Of a stretch of DNA of 64,000 nt, positions 1 through 9,185 are shown piece by piece. The position numbers and the translations under genes are program-made. The stretch comes from an uncultured Syntrophomonadaceae bacterium. Lineage in GTDB: Bacteria > Bacillota > Dethiobacteria > DTU022. The stretch spans positions 2,591-66,590 of the forward strand of contig CAYTER010000006.1 of the NCBI GenBank assembly GCA_964436815.1, written 5' to 3'. Numbering within the stretch: the stretch's first letter is position 1; every line of letters begins with the position of its first letter. Below the pieces are notes generated by a model. The model did no database searches, was not told the DNA's origin, and worked only from the letters and a program-made list of their open reading frames with translations.

Positions 1-642
1 GAACTCGGCAACTGTCGGTGAAGATATTTCAATTCTGCGCGGAACTACTCCCAGAATCGGATATCCGCGTTCTTCGAGAATGTTTTTATAAATACTGCTG
101 CTTTTATTCCACTGTGCCTGTGAAACATTATTGATAATGCAGCCGATAATGCTAACATCTTTCTCTGCCCAAGCGCTTAAATTAAGTAGGTTTTCATCTA
201 GCTGGAAATCATCATCCGCCCGGATTACCGGTAAAGCAACAGCGCCAAGTTTCGAAGCCAGGGAAAAATCGTCCAGTCCCAGGTTGGAACCGACAAATGG
301 TTCGTAACTGCCGTCGATTAAAGCAAAATCATAGCCCTCTGTGCATTCAGTATAAGCTTTGATAATGCGCGGTAAAATATTTGACTGTTCTTTTAGAAAG
401 TGGGCAGTCAAATAATGGGCATTGACCGTTACCGGTGAGATCAGGCTGCTGCTGAACGGTAACTCAAAAATTTCCCGCATCAGAACAACATCGTCATCGT
501 TTTTTTTGTCCGCGCTTTTACGAAAGCCAATCGGTTTAAAATATGAGATTTTATAACCGGCATCTTTTAATTTCAGGCCTATTCCCAGGGCAGTTGCTGT
601 TTTACCGCCCCCGGCTTTTCCGGAAAAGTAGATCGCTTTCAT
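1..642 (-). CDS. P-loop BioD/CobQ-like protein (resembles the N-terminal regulatory part of large phosphotransacetylases). Only the N-terminal portion is present; the gene runs off the left edge.
   Basis: Not in the ORF track because there is no stop in the window. The reverse strand from ATG at 642..640 reads MKAIYFSGKAGGGKTATALGIGLKLKDAGYKISYFKPIGFRKSAD... and stays open to position 1. It has a Walker-A-like GKxGGGKT. Its ATG overlaps the TGA of the upstream gene (ATGA at 639-642). Confidence 0.6.
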   Translation of the reverse strand, partial: MKAIYFSGKAGGGKTATALGIGLKLKDAGYKISYFKPIGFRKSADKKNDDDVVLMREIFELPFSSSLISPVTVNAHYLTAHFLKEQSNILPRIIKAYTECTEGYDFALIDGSYEPFVGSNLGLDDFSLASKLGAVALPVIRADDDFQLDENLLNLSAWAEKDVSIIGCIINNVSQAQWNKSSSIYKNILEERGYPILGVVPRRIEISSPTVAEF

Positions 643-2777
643 TTATGATCACCTCGCAGTTCATGTTCTTTCTCTTCAATAGTAATTTTTACATCCAGGG
701 CTGTAACACCCCGGGCATGAACACGTATCGGGTTAATATCCATTTCAGTTATCTGATCCAGTTCTGTTACCAGCAAAGCTGTGCGCAAGATTGAGTCGAT
801 CAGGGCTTCCATATCTGCCGGTTTTTTGCCCCGATATCCCTTTAATAGCGTGTAAGCCTTGGTCTCGGCAATCATTTTTTCGACTTCATCGTGTGTTTTG
901 AGGGCCGATGCCAGCCGAAAGGTTACCTCTTCCAGCAAATTGACGTATATGCCACCAAGGCCAAAGACGATTAGAGGCCCGAACTGAATATCCCTTGACA
1001 TTCCAACAATAACTTCGACTCCGTCGTCTACCATATTTTGGACTTCAATGCCGTAGATAGGCGCTTCCGGCATGTAGTATTTTACCTTTTCCATGATCCT
1101 GTTAAAAGCCTTGCGTACTTCAATTTCGCTGTGCAGACCGATCTCAACTCCGCCGACATCGGTTTTATGGGCGATACGGGGAGAAGAAATTTTTAAAGCA
1201 ACAGGCAAACCTATTCTATCAGCAATTTCTGCAGCCTGGTCTTCAGTTTCAGCGAGGATGTTTTTACTGACCGGTATGCCGTATGCGGCCATCATCGCTG
1301 AAGCTTCATGCCCAAGCAGAACCACCCTGCGGTCAGCCAGCACACTTTTAATGATATTTTCGGCAATATTACGGTTAATGTCGGGAAACTCCGCTGAATC
1401 TTTTATTGCGGGTTTATTTCTATATTCTGCATAGTTGAGCATGCCTTTTAAAGAACGAACTGATGGTTCCGGAAAAGTGAAGGTTGGGATGCCATTTTCT
1501 GTAAGATAACTTTTTCCTGCCTGGAGCGACTTTCCACCCATATATACTGCCATCAACGGTTTATTGGTATAGCGTTTACTTAATTCAACTACAGATCGGG
1601 CCGTTTCTTCAGGTTCGGTTACAGCTGCCGGACAGAGCAGAACTAAGGCGCTGTCCACATTTTTGTCCTGAAGGATGGTTTCAAGCGCGAAGTGATAACG
1701 GTCATTGCGGGCATCGCCGATCAGGTCGACAGGATTGTAAATGTTTGCCGCCGGCGGTAGTTTGGAACGCAGAAAATCTATAGTTTCCTTGGTAAAACGG
1801 GCCATTTTGAGGCCGTTTTTCTCAACAGCATCAGTTGTAACGATGGCCGGTCCGCCTGCATTAGTGACGATTGCTACCCGATTATTGCGGGGAAGCGGTT
1901 GTGAAGAAAAGGCGCGGGCCAGATCGAACAGATCGTTCATGCTGTTTGCCCGCAGAACACCGCACTGCTTAAAAGCTGCATCATAAGCCCGGTCACTACC
2001 GGCCAGGGCTCCGGTATGTGAACTTGCTGCCTGAGCCCCTGCGGTACTGGTTCCGGACTTGAGAATAATAATCGGTTTCTTTCTAGCGGCTTCAGTACAA
2101 ACTTTAACAAAACGGTCGCCGTTGGTTACGTCTTCGATGTAGCAGAGTATTACATTGGTATGAGGATCATCAGCGCAGTTTTCGATAAAATCTATTTCAT
2201 TAAGATCGGCTTTATTGCCCAGGCTGACAAAGCTGGAAAAACCGATCCCCATTTCAAAACTCCAATCCAGAATTGAAACCAGCATTGCCCCGCTCTGAGA
2301 TATAAAAGAAATATTGCCCCGGTTTGGAAAGCCGTTGGCAAAAGAAGCATTTAAAGGGGAGTGAGTGTCCATGAGCCCGACACAATTTGGGCCGAGCATC
2401 CGCATCTCGAAATCGCTGCAGATTTTTAGAAGTTCCTGCTCAAGTTTTAAACCTTCACGCCCGACCTCCTTAAAGCCGGCTGTAATAACGATCAAACCCT
2501 TAACCCCTATTTCACCGCATTCACGGGCAACCAAATTTACTTTGTCAGCAGGGATAGAAAGCACCGCAAGATCGACCGGTGCGCCGATATCTTTTACACT
2601 GCAGTAAGATTTAAGCCCTTTAATTTCAGCTTCACGCGGGTTGACCGGGTAAATAAGGCCTTCGTATCCGCTTGTCATAATATTATTAATGATGGCATGT
2701 CCGATTTTTTGGGGGGACTGGGAAGCGCCAACAACGGCTACCTGTTTTGGGTTAAAAAGAAATTCGAGTGAGCTCAT
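639..2777 (-). CDS. ADP-forming acetyl-CoA synthetase (acetate--CoA ligase, fused alpha/beta, NDP-forming acyl-CoA synthetase family)
   Basis: 712 aa. N-terminal CoA-binding fold (VAVVGASQSPQKIGH), phospho-His loop SSHTGALAGS and a C-terminal ATP-grasp region (GHEASAMMAAYGIPV). Confidence 0.9.
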   Translation of the reverse strand: MSSLEFLFNPKQVAVVGASQSPQKIGHAIINNIMTSGYEGLIYPVNPREAEIKGLKSYCSVKDIGAPVDLAVLSIPADKVNLVARECGEIGVKGLIVITAGFKEVGREGLKLEQELLKICSDFEMRMLGPNCVGLMDTHSPLNASFANGFPNRGNISFISQSGAMLVSILDWSFEMGIGFSSFVSLGNKADLNEIDFIENCADDPHTNVILCYIEDVTNGDRFVKVCTEAARKKPIIILKSGTSTAGAQAASSHTGALAGSDRAYDAAFKQCGVLRANSMNDLFDLARAFSSQPLPRNNRVAIVTNAGGPAIVTTDAVEKNGLKMARFTKETIDFLRSKLPPAANIYNPVDLIGDARNDRYHFALETILQDKNVDSALVLLCPAAVTEPEETARSVVELSKRYTNKPLMAVYMGGKSLQAGKSYLTENGIPTFTFPEPSVRSLKGMLNYAEYRNKPAIKDSAEFPDINRNIAENIIKSVLADRRVVLLGHEASAMMAAYGIPVSKNILAETEDQAAEIADRIGLPVALKISSPRIAHKTDVGGVEIGLHSEIEVRKAFNRIMEKVKYYMPEAPIYGIEVQNMVDDGVEVIVGMSRDIQFGPLIVFGLGGIYVNLLEEVTFRLASALKTHDEVEKMIAETKAYTLLKGYRGKKPADMEALIDSILRTALLVTELDQITEMDINPIRVHARGVTALDVKITIEEKEHELRGDHK

Positions 2778-2926
2778 CTGGCATTACCTTTCAATTTAAA
2801 GCACTAGTACTGTTTCATCTTTTATTGTATAGAATCCAGTCTGGTTTCGCAATGAAGATAAAAAAGCAGAATTGAATCTTTCAGAAAACAGCTTAATATG
2901 GGCATTTGACTGCAAAAGGGGTTTGA

Positions 2927-2954
2927 TTGACTTTTACAATTAATTTGTTAAAAT
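2927..2954 (+). promoter_or_regulatory. Sigma-A-type promoter candidate for speD-speE-ndk
   Basis: TTGACT (2927-2932), a 16-nt spacer ending TGt, then TAAAAT (2949-2954), about 50 nt upstream of the AGGAGG RBS of speD. Confidence 0.4.
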
Positions 2955-3006
2955 GTATCTTGACGCTTTTCATCTGATAAAAAATATTTAAAAGGAGGTA
3001 TTAGAG

Positions 3007-3390
3007 ATGAGCGCTTTAGGCCGTCATATCTTGGCTGAGTTTTACGGCTGTCCACAGGATGTACTGTGCAACCTTGAGCTGATCAAGGAGCGCATGGTGG
3101 AAGCCGCCATTGAAGCTGGGGCTGAAGTGAGAGAAACTGTTTTTCATCAGTTCTGTCCCCAGGGCGTCAGCGGCGTAGTTGTCATATCAGAATCTCATCT
3201 GGCTATTCATACATGGCCGGAGTATGGCTACGCTGCGGTTGACGTTTTCACCTGTGGTCAAACCGTCAATCCATGGGTGTCCTGTAACTACTTGAAACAA
3301 GCTTTCTCAGCCCAGAATATGTCGGCCCGGGAAATCAAGCGCGGTATCTTTGACGTTGACCTTGAACATAAAACAGCAGCGAACTATTAA
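3007..3390 (+). CDS. speD: S-adenosylmethionine decarboxylase proenzyme (small bacterial/archaeal class)
   Basis: 127 aa. Hallmark self-processing region [27 protein letters not shown]. Strong RBS AAGGAGG. Confidence 0.9.
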   Translation: MSALGRHILAEFYGCPQDVLCNLELIKERMVEAAIEAGAEVRETVFHQFCPQGVSGVVVISESHLAIHTWPEYGYAAVDVFTCGQTVNPWVSCNYLKQAFSAQNMSAREIKRGIFDVDLEHKTAANY

Positions 3391-3410
3391 GCCTTTACTG
3401 GCAGGGGAGT

Positions 3411-4325
3411 ATGGAAATGTCCTTTAATGAGCATAAATGGTTTATTGAACATACTTCTCCCGGTACAGCCCACATGTTCGGGGTTACAAATTTCCTCAAA
3501 AGCAGGCGCACAGCATATCAGCAAGTCGAAGTCGCTGATACGGAACTGTTCGGGCGGATATTGATCCTGGATGGAAAAATTCAATCATCTGAATATGATG
3601 AATACATTTATCATGAGGCGCTGGTCCACCCGGCTATGCTGGTTTGTCCGGCGCCTCGGCGTGTACTGGTAACCGGTGGTGGAGAAGGAGCTACTTTGAG
3701 GGAGGTATTTCGTCATCCCTCAGTTGAAAAACTGGTAATGGTCGATCTCGATCAGGAGGTAGTAGAGATCTGCAGGGAGTTATTAACCTCATGGCACCAA
3801 GGCAGTTTTGATGACAAACGCCTTGAGCTGCTTTTTATGGACGCCCGGGAGTATCTCGAACAGACTGATCAGCTCTTCGATGTGATTATCAGCGATGTGC
3901 CTGAGCCGGTTGAAGCAAGCCCGGCTTTAAAGCTTTTTACACAACAGTATTTTGATTTGATTAAAAAGCATTTGGCCCCGGGTGGTCTTTTTTCAATGCA
4001 AGCGGGAGATTACGGTCTACCGTTTATTGAAGCGCACAGCGCAATTTACAATACTGTCCGCCGGGTAATGCCCTTTAGCCTCTCCTATCGTTCATTCATC
4101 GCCTCTTTTAATACCGAGTGGGGCTTCATCATCGCCGGGGCGGAGGAGAACGAGTTTCCCAAAGCGGAGGTTATTAACCGCCTGATTAAAAAACGGGGTT
4201 TAGATTTGCGCTATTTTGATGGTGAGACAGCCAGAAGTATGTTTTCATTGCCAAAGGATATTAGGAAAAGGCTGGCTGCTGAATCCAGGGTTATTGATGA
4301 TCATAATTTAATAACTATTTTTTAG
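3411..4325 (+). CDS. speE: Spermidine synthase (polyamine aminopropyltransferase)
   Basis: 304 aa. [11 protein letters not shown] methyltransferase-fold motif and [10 protein letters not shown]. Lies directly downstream of speD. Confidence 0.9.
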   Translation: MEMSFNEHKWFIEHTSPGTAHMFGVTNFLKSRRTAYQQVEVADTELFGRILILDGKIQSSEYDEYIYHEALVHPAMLVCPAPRRVLVTGGGEGATLREVFRHPSVEKLVMVDLDQEVVEICRELLTSWHQGSFDDKRLELLFMDAREYLEQTDQLFDVIISDVPEPVEASPALKLFTQQYFDLIKKHLAPGGLFSMQAGDYGLPFIEAHSAIYNTVRRVMPFSLSYRSFIASFNTEWGFIIAGAEENEFPKAEVINRLIKKRGLDLRYFDGETARSMFSLPKDIRKRLAAESRVIDDHNLITIF

Positions 4326-4347
4326 CGCTGGAGAAAGGAGACTGTTA

Positions 4348-4806
4348 ATGGATATAAGGGAAAGAACTTTTTTAATGGTTAAGCCGGATGGTGTTAAGCG
4401 CGCTCTGGTTGGAAATATTATCAGCCGCTTGGAAAGTAAGGGCTTAAAGCTAGTGGCTATGAAGCTTATGCTGATCAGCGGTGATCTCGCTGCCCGGCAT
4501 TATGGAGAACACCAGGGAAAGCCATTTTATAATGGATTGATTGAATTTATTACTTCCGGACCGGTTGTAGCGATGATCTGGGAGGGAGATAAGGCAGTCG
4601 AACTGGTGCGTTCAATGATTGGAGCAACGGATCCAAGTAAAGCTGTACCGGGAACGATCAGGGGGGATCTCGCCGTCTTCACCGGAAAAAATATTGTTCA
4701 TGGCTCTGATTCAACTGCCAGTGCTGAAAGAGAAATGAAATTATTTTTTAAGAACAACGAACTTTGCGAGTATGCATTGCCTCACGAAGATTGTTTATAC
4801 GACTAG
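4348..4806 (+). CDS. ndk: Nucleoside diphosphate kinase
   Basis: 152 aa. [12 protein letters not shown] and the NIVHGSDS active-site His motif. Confidence 0.95.
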   Translation: MDIRERTFLMVKPDGVKRALVGNIISRLESKGLKLVAMKLMLISGDLAARHYGEHQGKPFYNGLIEFITSGPVVAMIWEGDKAVELVRSMIGATDPSKAVPGTIRGDLAVFTGKNIVHGSDSTASAEREMKLFFKNNELCEYALPHEDCLYD

Positions 4807-4861
4807 GCTGATCATTACTGAAGCTTATTCCGGTCTACAGTTGTTATCATTAATTATTTTA

Positions 4862-4886
4862 AAGCGGCATTTTTGTCGCTTTTTTT
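4862..4886 (+). terminator. Rho-independent terminator after ndk
   Basis: AAGCGGCA / TGTCGCTT stem (one G-U pair), TTTT loop, then a T-run (4882-4886). Confidence 0.5.
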
Positions 4887-4887
4887 G

Positions 4888-4916
4888 TTGCATTTAAGAA
4901 AGAGCTGATTTATAAT
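4888..4916 (+). promoter_or_regulatory. Near-consensus sigma-A promoter for the 4963-6353 operon
   Basis: TTGCAT (4888-4893), a 17-nt spacer, TATAAT (4911-4916). Confidence 0.5.
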
Positions 4917-4918
4917 AA

Positions 4919-4943
4919 ATATAACTAATTTAGTTAGTAATAT
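4919..4943. promoter_or_regulatory. Candidate Rrf2 operator (25-bp near-palindrome) just downstream of the -10 box
   Basis: ATATAACTAATTTAGTTAGTAATAT. It shares the 13-mer AAATATAACTAAT (4917-4929) with the rrf2 upstream region (6826-6838). Confidence 0.4.
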
Positions 4944-4962
4944 AAAAAGGCGGTGATCAATA

Positions 4963-5553
4963 ATGTTTGCCCAAAAATGCCCGGGGCAGGATATGCGCTA
5001 TTGGACAGCAGAGGATGTTTATGAAGAAAAATGTCCGGAGTGCGGGGAGTCAATCGAATTTTTCAAGACAGATATACGTTTGCGCTGTCCTAATTGCAAA
5101 ACACGGGTAGCTAATCCCCGGTTTGACATGGGTTGTGCGCAGTGGTGTTCATATGCAGAACAGTGCTTAGGTTCCGGGGCGAAAGGACTGAAGACAAAGT
5201 CAATCAGGCTTGCCCTTGAGGACGAATTGATTTCTAAAGCGAACTGTTTCCCTGAAGTAGTAGATCAGGTGAAGGCAGTTTTTGAAAGAGCAGAAGAAAT
5301 ATGCGCAAAAGAAAAGATTGATCTGCCGCCAATAATAGCCAATGTTTTGGCCTTAATTCTTCTACGTCTTGAGCTGATCGATTCGCCGGTCGATTATTTA
5401 AAGTCAACTGGCAGCAATTTAGCGATGCCGCCAATGGTAGCCAGCGAAACAGTGCATCTGGCTGAGATGATCAAAGAAAATGATCTGACCAGCAAAGCAG
5501 CACAAACAGTTATAAATCTGCTTGATGAGATTAAAGCCAAGCAGCTTGCCTGA
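4963..5553 (+). CDS. Cys-rich (zinc-ribbon-like N-terminus) protein of unknown function
   Basis: 196 aa. Eight Cys lie in the first 70 residues, including CPECG...CPNC and C..WC.....C. The C-terminal two thirds look helical and I recognise no motif there. Confidence 0.6.
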   Translation: MFAQKCPGQDMRYWTAEDVYEEKCPECGESIEFFKTDIRLRCPNCKTRVANPRFDMGCAQWCSYAEQCLGSGAKGLKTKSIRLALEDELISKANCFPEVVDQVKAVFERAEEICAKEKIDLPPIIANVLALILLRLELIDSPVDYLKSTGSNLAMPPMVASETVHLAEMIKENDLTSKAAQTVINLLDEIKAKQLA

Positions 5554-5606
5554 ATATTAACCGCTTAGCAGGATTATGATTTAACAGCAGATATGGAGGA
5601 GTCCAG

Positions 5607-6353
5607 ATGGAAAAAATATTGCGGAAAATTATCGAGATTGATGAAGAAAAGTGTGACGGCTGTGGTCTATGTGTTCCTTCTTGCGCCGAAGGGGCACTGC
5701 AGATTGTTGACGGGAAAGCAAGGCTGGTCAAAGAAATCTATTGTGACGGCCTGGGAAATTGTTTAGGCGAATGTCCCCAGGGAGCCATTGCTATTATTGA
5801 AAGAGAAGCGGATCCTTTTGATGAAAAAGCAGTAGAAGAGCACCTTGAAAAGCTGGAAAATACTGCAGTGCCGGTTGAAGAAGAGGGCGAGTGCAGTGTT
5901 TGTTGTGGAAGCGCAGTGGTTCAGGATTTAAAACCTCCTGCCGGAACGGTACACTATACAGATTCTGCCGGTAACAGTTATGAGCCGGAAGCTGAACTCA
6001 GCCACTGGCCGGTGCAGCTGCACCTGGTTAATCCGCAGTCTAAATTTTTACAGGGAGCCGATTTGCTGATTGCTGCAGACTGTGTACCTTTTGCCTATGC
6101 AGATTTTCACCGGAAATTCTTAGCAGGGAGATCGCTCGTGATCGGTTGTCCTAAACTTGATGATGTGGGGGCCTATCACCAGAAGTTGGTCCAGATTTTT
6201 AAAAATAACAAGCTCAATAGTATCACTCTTGTTCATATGGAAGTTGGCTGCTGCTTTGGTATCTCACGCCTGGTAAAGTCTGCCCTGGCCGAAGCAAATG
6301 TGAACACTCCTCTTGCAGAAGTGATCATCGGGGTTGACGGAACTGTAAAATAG
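5607..6353 (+). CDS. Iron-sulfur protein: N-terminal 2x[4Fe-4S] ferredoxin domain plus an uncharacterised C-terminal domain
   Basis: 248 aa. CDGCGLCVPSC and CDGLGNCLGECP cluster motifs, plus a further CSVCC and a C-terminal GCC. Confidence 0.75.
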   Translation: MEKILRKIIEIDEEKCDGCGLCVPSCAEGALQIVDGKARLVKEIYCDGLGNCLGECPQGAIAIIEREADPFDEKAVEEHLEKLENTAVPVEEEGECSVCCGSAVVQDLKPPAGTVHYTDSAGNSYEPEAELSHWPVQLHLVNPQSKFLQGADLLIAADCVPFAYADFHRKFLAGRSLVIGCPKLDDVGAYHQKLVQIFKNNKLNSITLVHMEVGCCFGISRLVKSALAEANVNTPLAEVIIGVDGTVK

Positions 6354-6394
6354 AAGATTATTTAAGAAGCATTATTATAATTGCGGCTGTCGGA

Positions 6395-6808
6395 TTAACA
6401 CTCAACGACAGCCGCTTCCGCCATATCTTTAACAGTCGCATCTTCAAGGACTTTCAACATTTCCTGCTGAGCTTTTGACCAGATACCACGTAAAGAACAG
6501 TGAGACTGATCACGACAGGGTGTACTGCTGAAAAGGCAGCGTGTAATACCAATCGGACCATCAACCGCCTCAATTATTTGCCTTAGGTTTATAGCCTGTG
6601 GATCTTTTATCAGCTGAATACCACCGGCAGGGCCGCGGGTTCCGCTGGTCCAGCCTGCATCCTTCAGGACAGCTAAAAGCTGAACCACTAAATTTACCGG
6701 GATTGAGCGTCGTGCTGCAATCTCTTTGCTTGTTACCGTAGTACCCGGCGGATGAGAAGCTAACTCAGTCAGGATGATTACGGCGTATTCTGCTTTTTTG
6801 GTGATCAT
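6395..6808 (-). CDS. Rrf2-family transcriptional regulator (three-Cys, probable Fe-S sensing type)
   Basis: The ORF track starts at a GTG at 6823. I prefer the ATG at 6808, which gives MITKKAEYAVIILTEL (a typical Rrf2 N-terminus) and puts GGAG 9 nt upstream. C-terminal CLFSSTPCRDQSHC triad. Confidence 0.85.
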   Translation of the reverse strand: MITKKAEYAVIILTELASHPPGTTVTSKEIAARRSIPVNLVVQLLAVLKDAGWTSGTRGPAGGIQLIKDPQAINLRQIIEAVDGPIGITRCLFSSTPCRDQSHCSLRGIWSKAQQEMLKVLEDATVKDMAEAAVVEC

Positions 6809-6826
6809 GATTAGATTCTCCACTTA

Positions 6827-6849
6827 AATATAACTAATATGGTTATATT
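6827..6849. promoter_or_regulatory. Candidate Rrf2 auto-operator (perfect 8-bp arms)
   Basis: AATATAAC-TAATATG-GTTATATT immediately upstream of the rrf2 RBS. Shares AAATATAACTAAT with 4917-4929. Confidence 0.45.
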
Positions 6850-6929
6850 ATAAGACATCCTCCCCTACCGGTCAATGAAAAACCGTTAGCGAATAAAGCA
6901 TGATACATAATGCAAGATAATTGCAATCT

Positions 6930-6958
6930 TTGAAAAAGTGTCCGAATAGCAGTATAAT
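6930..6958 (+). promoter_or_regulatory. Sigma-A promoter candidate for nfeD-SPFH
   Basis: TTGAAA (6930-6935), a 17-nt spacer, TATAAT (6953-6958). Confidence 0.45.
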
Positions 6959-6993
6959 TAATACAAGAGCACTATTTAGATGAGGGGATTGCC

Positions 6994-8346
6994 ATGAAAA
7001 ATAATGCAAGCTTTAAGTTGAATATATTGCTGATAATCTTTTTATTGCTATTTGTTTTAACCGGACCGGTTGTACCAACTGTTTTAGCGGCCACGCAGCC
7101 GGTCTATGTGGTAGAACTTGACGGTGCTGTTACTGCGGGTTTAAACAGCTATTTGCAGAGACAGGTTGAAAACGCTTTAGCCGAAGAAGCCCAACTATTT
7201 GTGCTGGTCATGTCTACACCGGGCGGACTGGTTGATGCTACCCTGCAGATCAATCAGCTATTTCTAAATGCCCGGCTTCCTGTAGCCGTCATAGTCGCAC
7301 CATCAGGTGCAATTGCCGGGTCGGCAGGAGCTTTTATTCTAATTTCAGCTGATCTGGCAGTAATGGCGCCTGGAACTACTGTCGGCGCGGCACAGCCAAT
7401 TGCCTTTTCGCCGGAGGGGGCCGAATCAGCAGATGAAAAAACCATTAATTTTTATGCCGGCCACCTGCGCAGTATCGCAAGAGAGAAGGGTCGTCCGGAA
7501 TTAATTGCTGAACGGTTTGTTACTGAAAACCTGACCATTGATGCCCGGGAAGCTTTAGAGGTCGGAATTATTGATTACATTGCTGCCGATCTGCAGGAGT
7601 TGCTGATCATCATTGATGGTGTGCAGGTTGAGAAGCAGGGGCGGATTTACAGCCTTGAAACGGCTGGTGCTTCCATTATGAGCGAAGATATGAATCTCAG
7701 GGAGCGTATGCAGAATTGGCTAAGCGATCCCCAAATTGCGTTTCTGGTTTTGATCATCGGATTTCTGGGAATCTATTTTGGCCTTAATGCCCCGGGGACT
7801 ATTGTGCCGGAAGTGAGCGGTCTGATCCTGGTTATTCTGGGTATTTACGGGATCGGTCTTTTTGATACCAATACCACCGGCATAGTTTTACTGATTGTTG
7901 GATTGGGCTTGATTATAGCCGAACTCTTTACTGCCGGGTTTGGCATACTAGGCATAGGAGGTGCTTTGTCGATGGTTGCCGGAGCTGTATTGCTGCCAAT
8001 GGAACCGTTAATGGCCAGGGAATGGTACAGTACTTTTTTGATTACAGTTGTCGGAACTGTTCTCGGGCTGCTGATCATTCTCATTTTTATTATTCAGCGT
8101 GTTATTGACAGCCGCCGCCGGTTTAGTGACGGCAGCGCATATTTCAATGCTCCTCTTAAAGGTGTTGTAGTCAGTGAAATAAACCCGGAAGGAGCAATCA
8201 AGGCCAGGGGGGAACTTTGGAAAGCAAGAAGCGCTGAAGGGACTGTTATTCCCGTCGGAACTGAGGTTGAAATTGTCCGCGCCGATACGTTAATGCTTTG
8301 GGTCAAGCCATCCGGGGCGGATGTTGAAGTTTTAACGAAGGAATAA
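6994..8346 (+). CDS. NfeD-family membrane-bound ClpP-class serine protease (long form)
   Basis: 450 aa. Signal/TM segment, ClpP-like domain, several TM helices and a C-terminal OB-like NfeD domain. Directly upstream of an SPFH gene, which is the classic pairing. Confidence 0.85.
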   Translation: MKNNASFKLNILLIIFLLLFVLTGPVVPTVLAATQPVYVVELDGAVTAGLNSYLQRQVENALAEEAQLFVLVMSTPGGLVDATLQINQLFLNARLPVAVIVAPSGAIAGSAGAFILISADLAVMAPGTTVGAAQPIAFSPEGAESADEKTINFYAGHLRSIAREKGRPELIAERFVTENLTIDAREALEVGIIDYIAADLQELLIIIDGVQVEKQGRIYSLETAGASIMSEDMNLRERMQNWLSDPQIAFLVLIIGFLGIYFGLNAPGTIVPEVSGLILVILGIYGIGLFDTNTTGIVLLIVGLGLIIAELFTAGFGILGIGGALSMVAGAVLLPMEPLMAREWYSTFLITVVGTVLGLLIILIFIIQRVIDSRRRFSDGSAYFNAPLKGVVVSEINPEGAIKARGELWKARSAEGTVIPVGTEVEIVRADTLMLWVKPSGADVEVLTKE

Positions 8347-8375
8347 TGTTTTCAAATTAAAAGGAGGGACTTACG

Positions 8376-9164
8376 ATGTTAGATCTTATTTTTAGCGGCG
8401 GTTTACTGGTACCTATTATTATAATTTTAGTTTTCTTTGTGACTTCAGCTTTAAAAGTAGTTCGCGAGTACGAAAGGCTGGTTGTTTTTCGCCTCGGTCG
8501 TCTGATTGGGGAAAAAGGCCCGGGCCTTGTGTTTGTAATCCCGATCATCGATCGTTTTGTCCGCATCTCGCTGCGGATTATAACGCTGGATGTTCCTACG
8601 CAGGAAGTGATCACCAGGGATAACGTTACCACTAATGTAAATGCGGTTGTATATTACAGGGTAGTTGATCCTAACCGGGCGGTAAACAATGTTGAGGAAT
8701 ACAAAATGGCGACTGCACAACTGGCTCAAACTACACTTAGAAGTGTCGCCGGGCAGGCTGAACTGGACGAACTGCTTTCGGAAAGAGATAAGCTGAATCT
8801 AAAAATTCAGAGTATCTTAGATGAGGCTACCGATCCATGGGGAATTAAAGTAACGGCTGTAGAAATTAAAGACGTTGGTATTCCCGAAGCTCTCCAAAAA
8901 GCAATCTCCAGGCAGGCTACTGCTGAGCGGGAAAGGCGGGCAGTCATCGTCCAGGCTGAGGGCGAAAAGGAAGCAGCCGGGAAAATTGCCGAAGCGGCGA
9001 AGATCCTTAACGCTGAAGAAGGCGGTTTTTATGTCCGTTTATTACGCACTCTGCCTGAGATAGCCAGTCAGCAGGGTTCGGTTATCGCTTTTCCGCTGCC
9101 CATTGAGTTGAGACACTTGTTGCCATTAGCTGGAGATGCAAAATCGGAAAAAGATAAAAAATAA
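8376..9164 (+). CDS. SPFH/band-7 (stomatin-like, slipin) protein
   Basis: 262 aa. N-terminal TM, then VVREYERLVVFRLGR...LDVPTQEVITRDNV..., typical of prokaryotic stomatins. Confidence 0.9.
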   Translation: MLDLIFSGGLLVPIIIILVFFVTSALKVVREYERLVVFRLGRLIGEKGPGLVFVIPIIDRFVRISLRIITLDVPTQEVITRDNVTTNVNAVVYYRVVDPNRAVNNVEEYKMATAQLAQTTLRSVAGQAELDELLSERDKLNLKIQSILDEATDPWGIKVTAVEIKDVGIPEALQKAISRQATAERERRAVIVQAEGEKEAAGKIAEAAKILNAEEGGFYVRLLRTLPEIASQQGSVIAFPLPIELRHLLPLAGDAKSEKDKK

Positions 9165-9185
9165 TCTTTAAGGCTGAAGAACACA

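Noticed and set aside
543-794. An 83-aa + strand ORF across the junction of the two leftmost genes.
   Set aside because: It is antisense to both the Acd gene and the BioD-like gene, is Phe/Leu-rich low-complexity sequence, and has no RBS.
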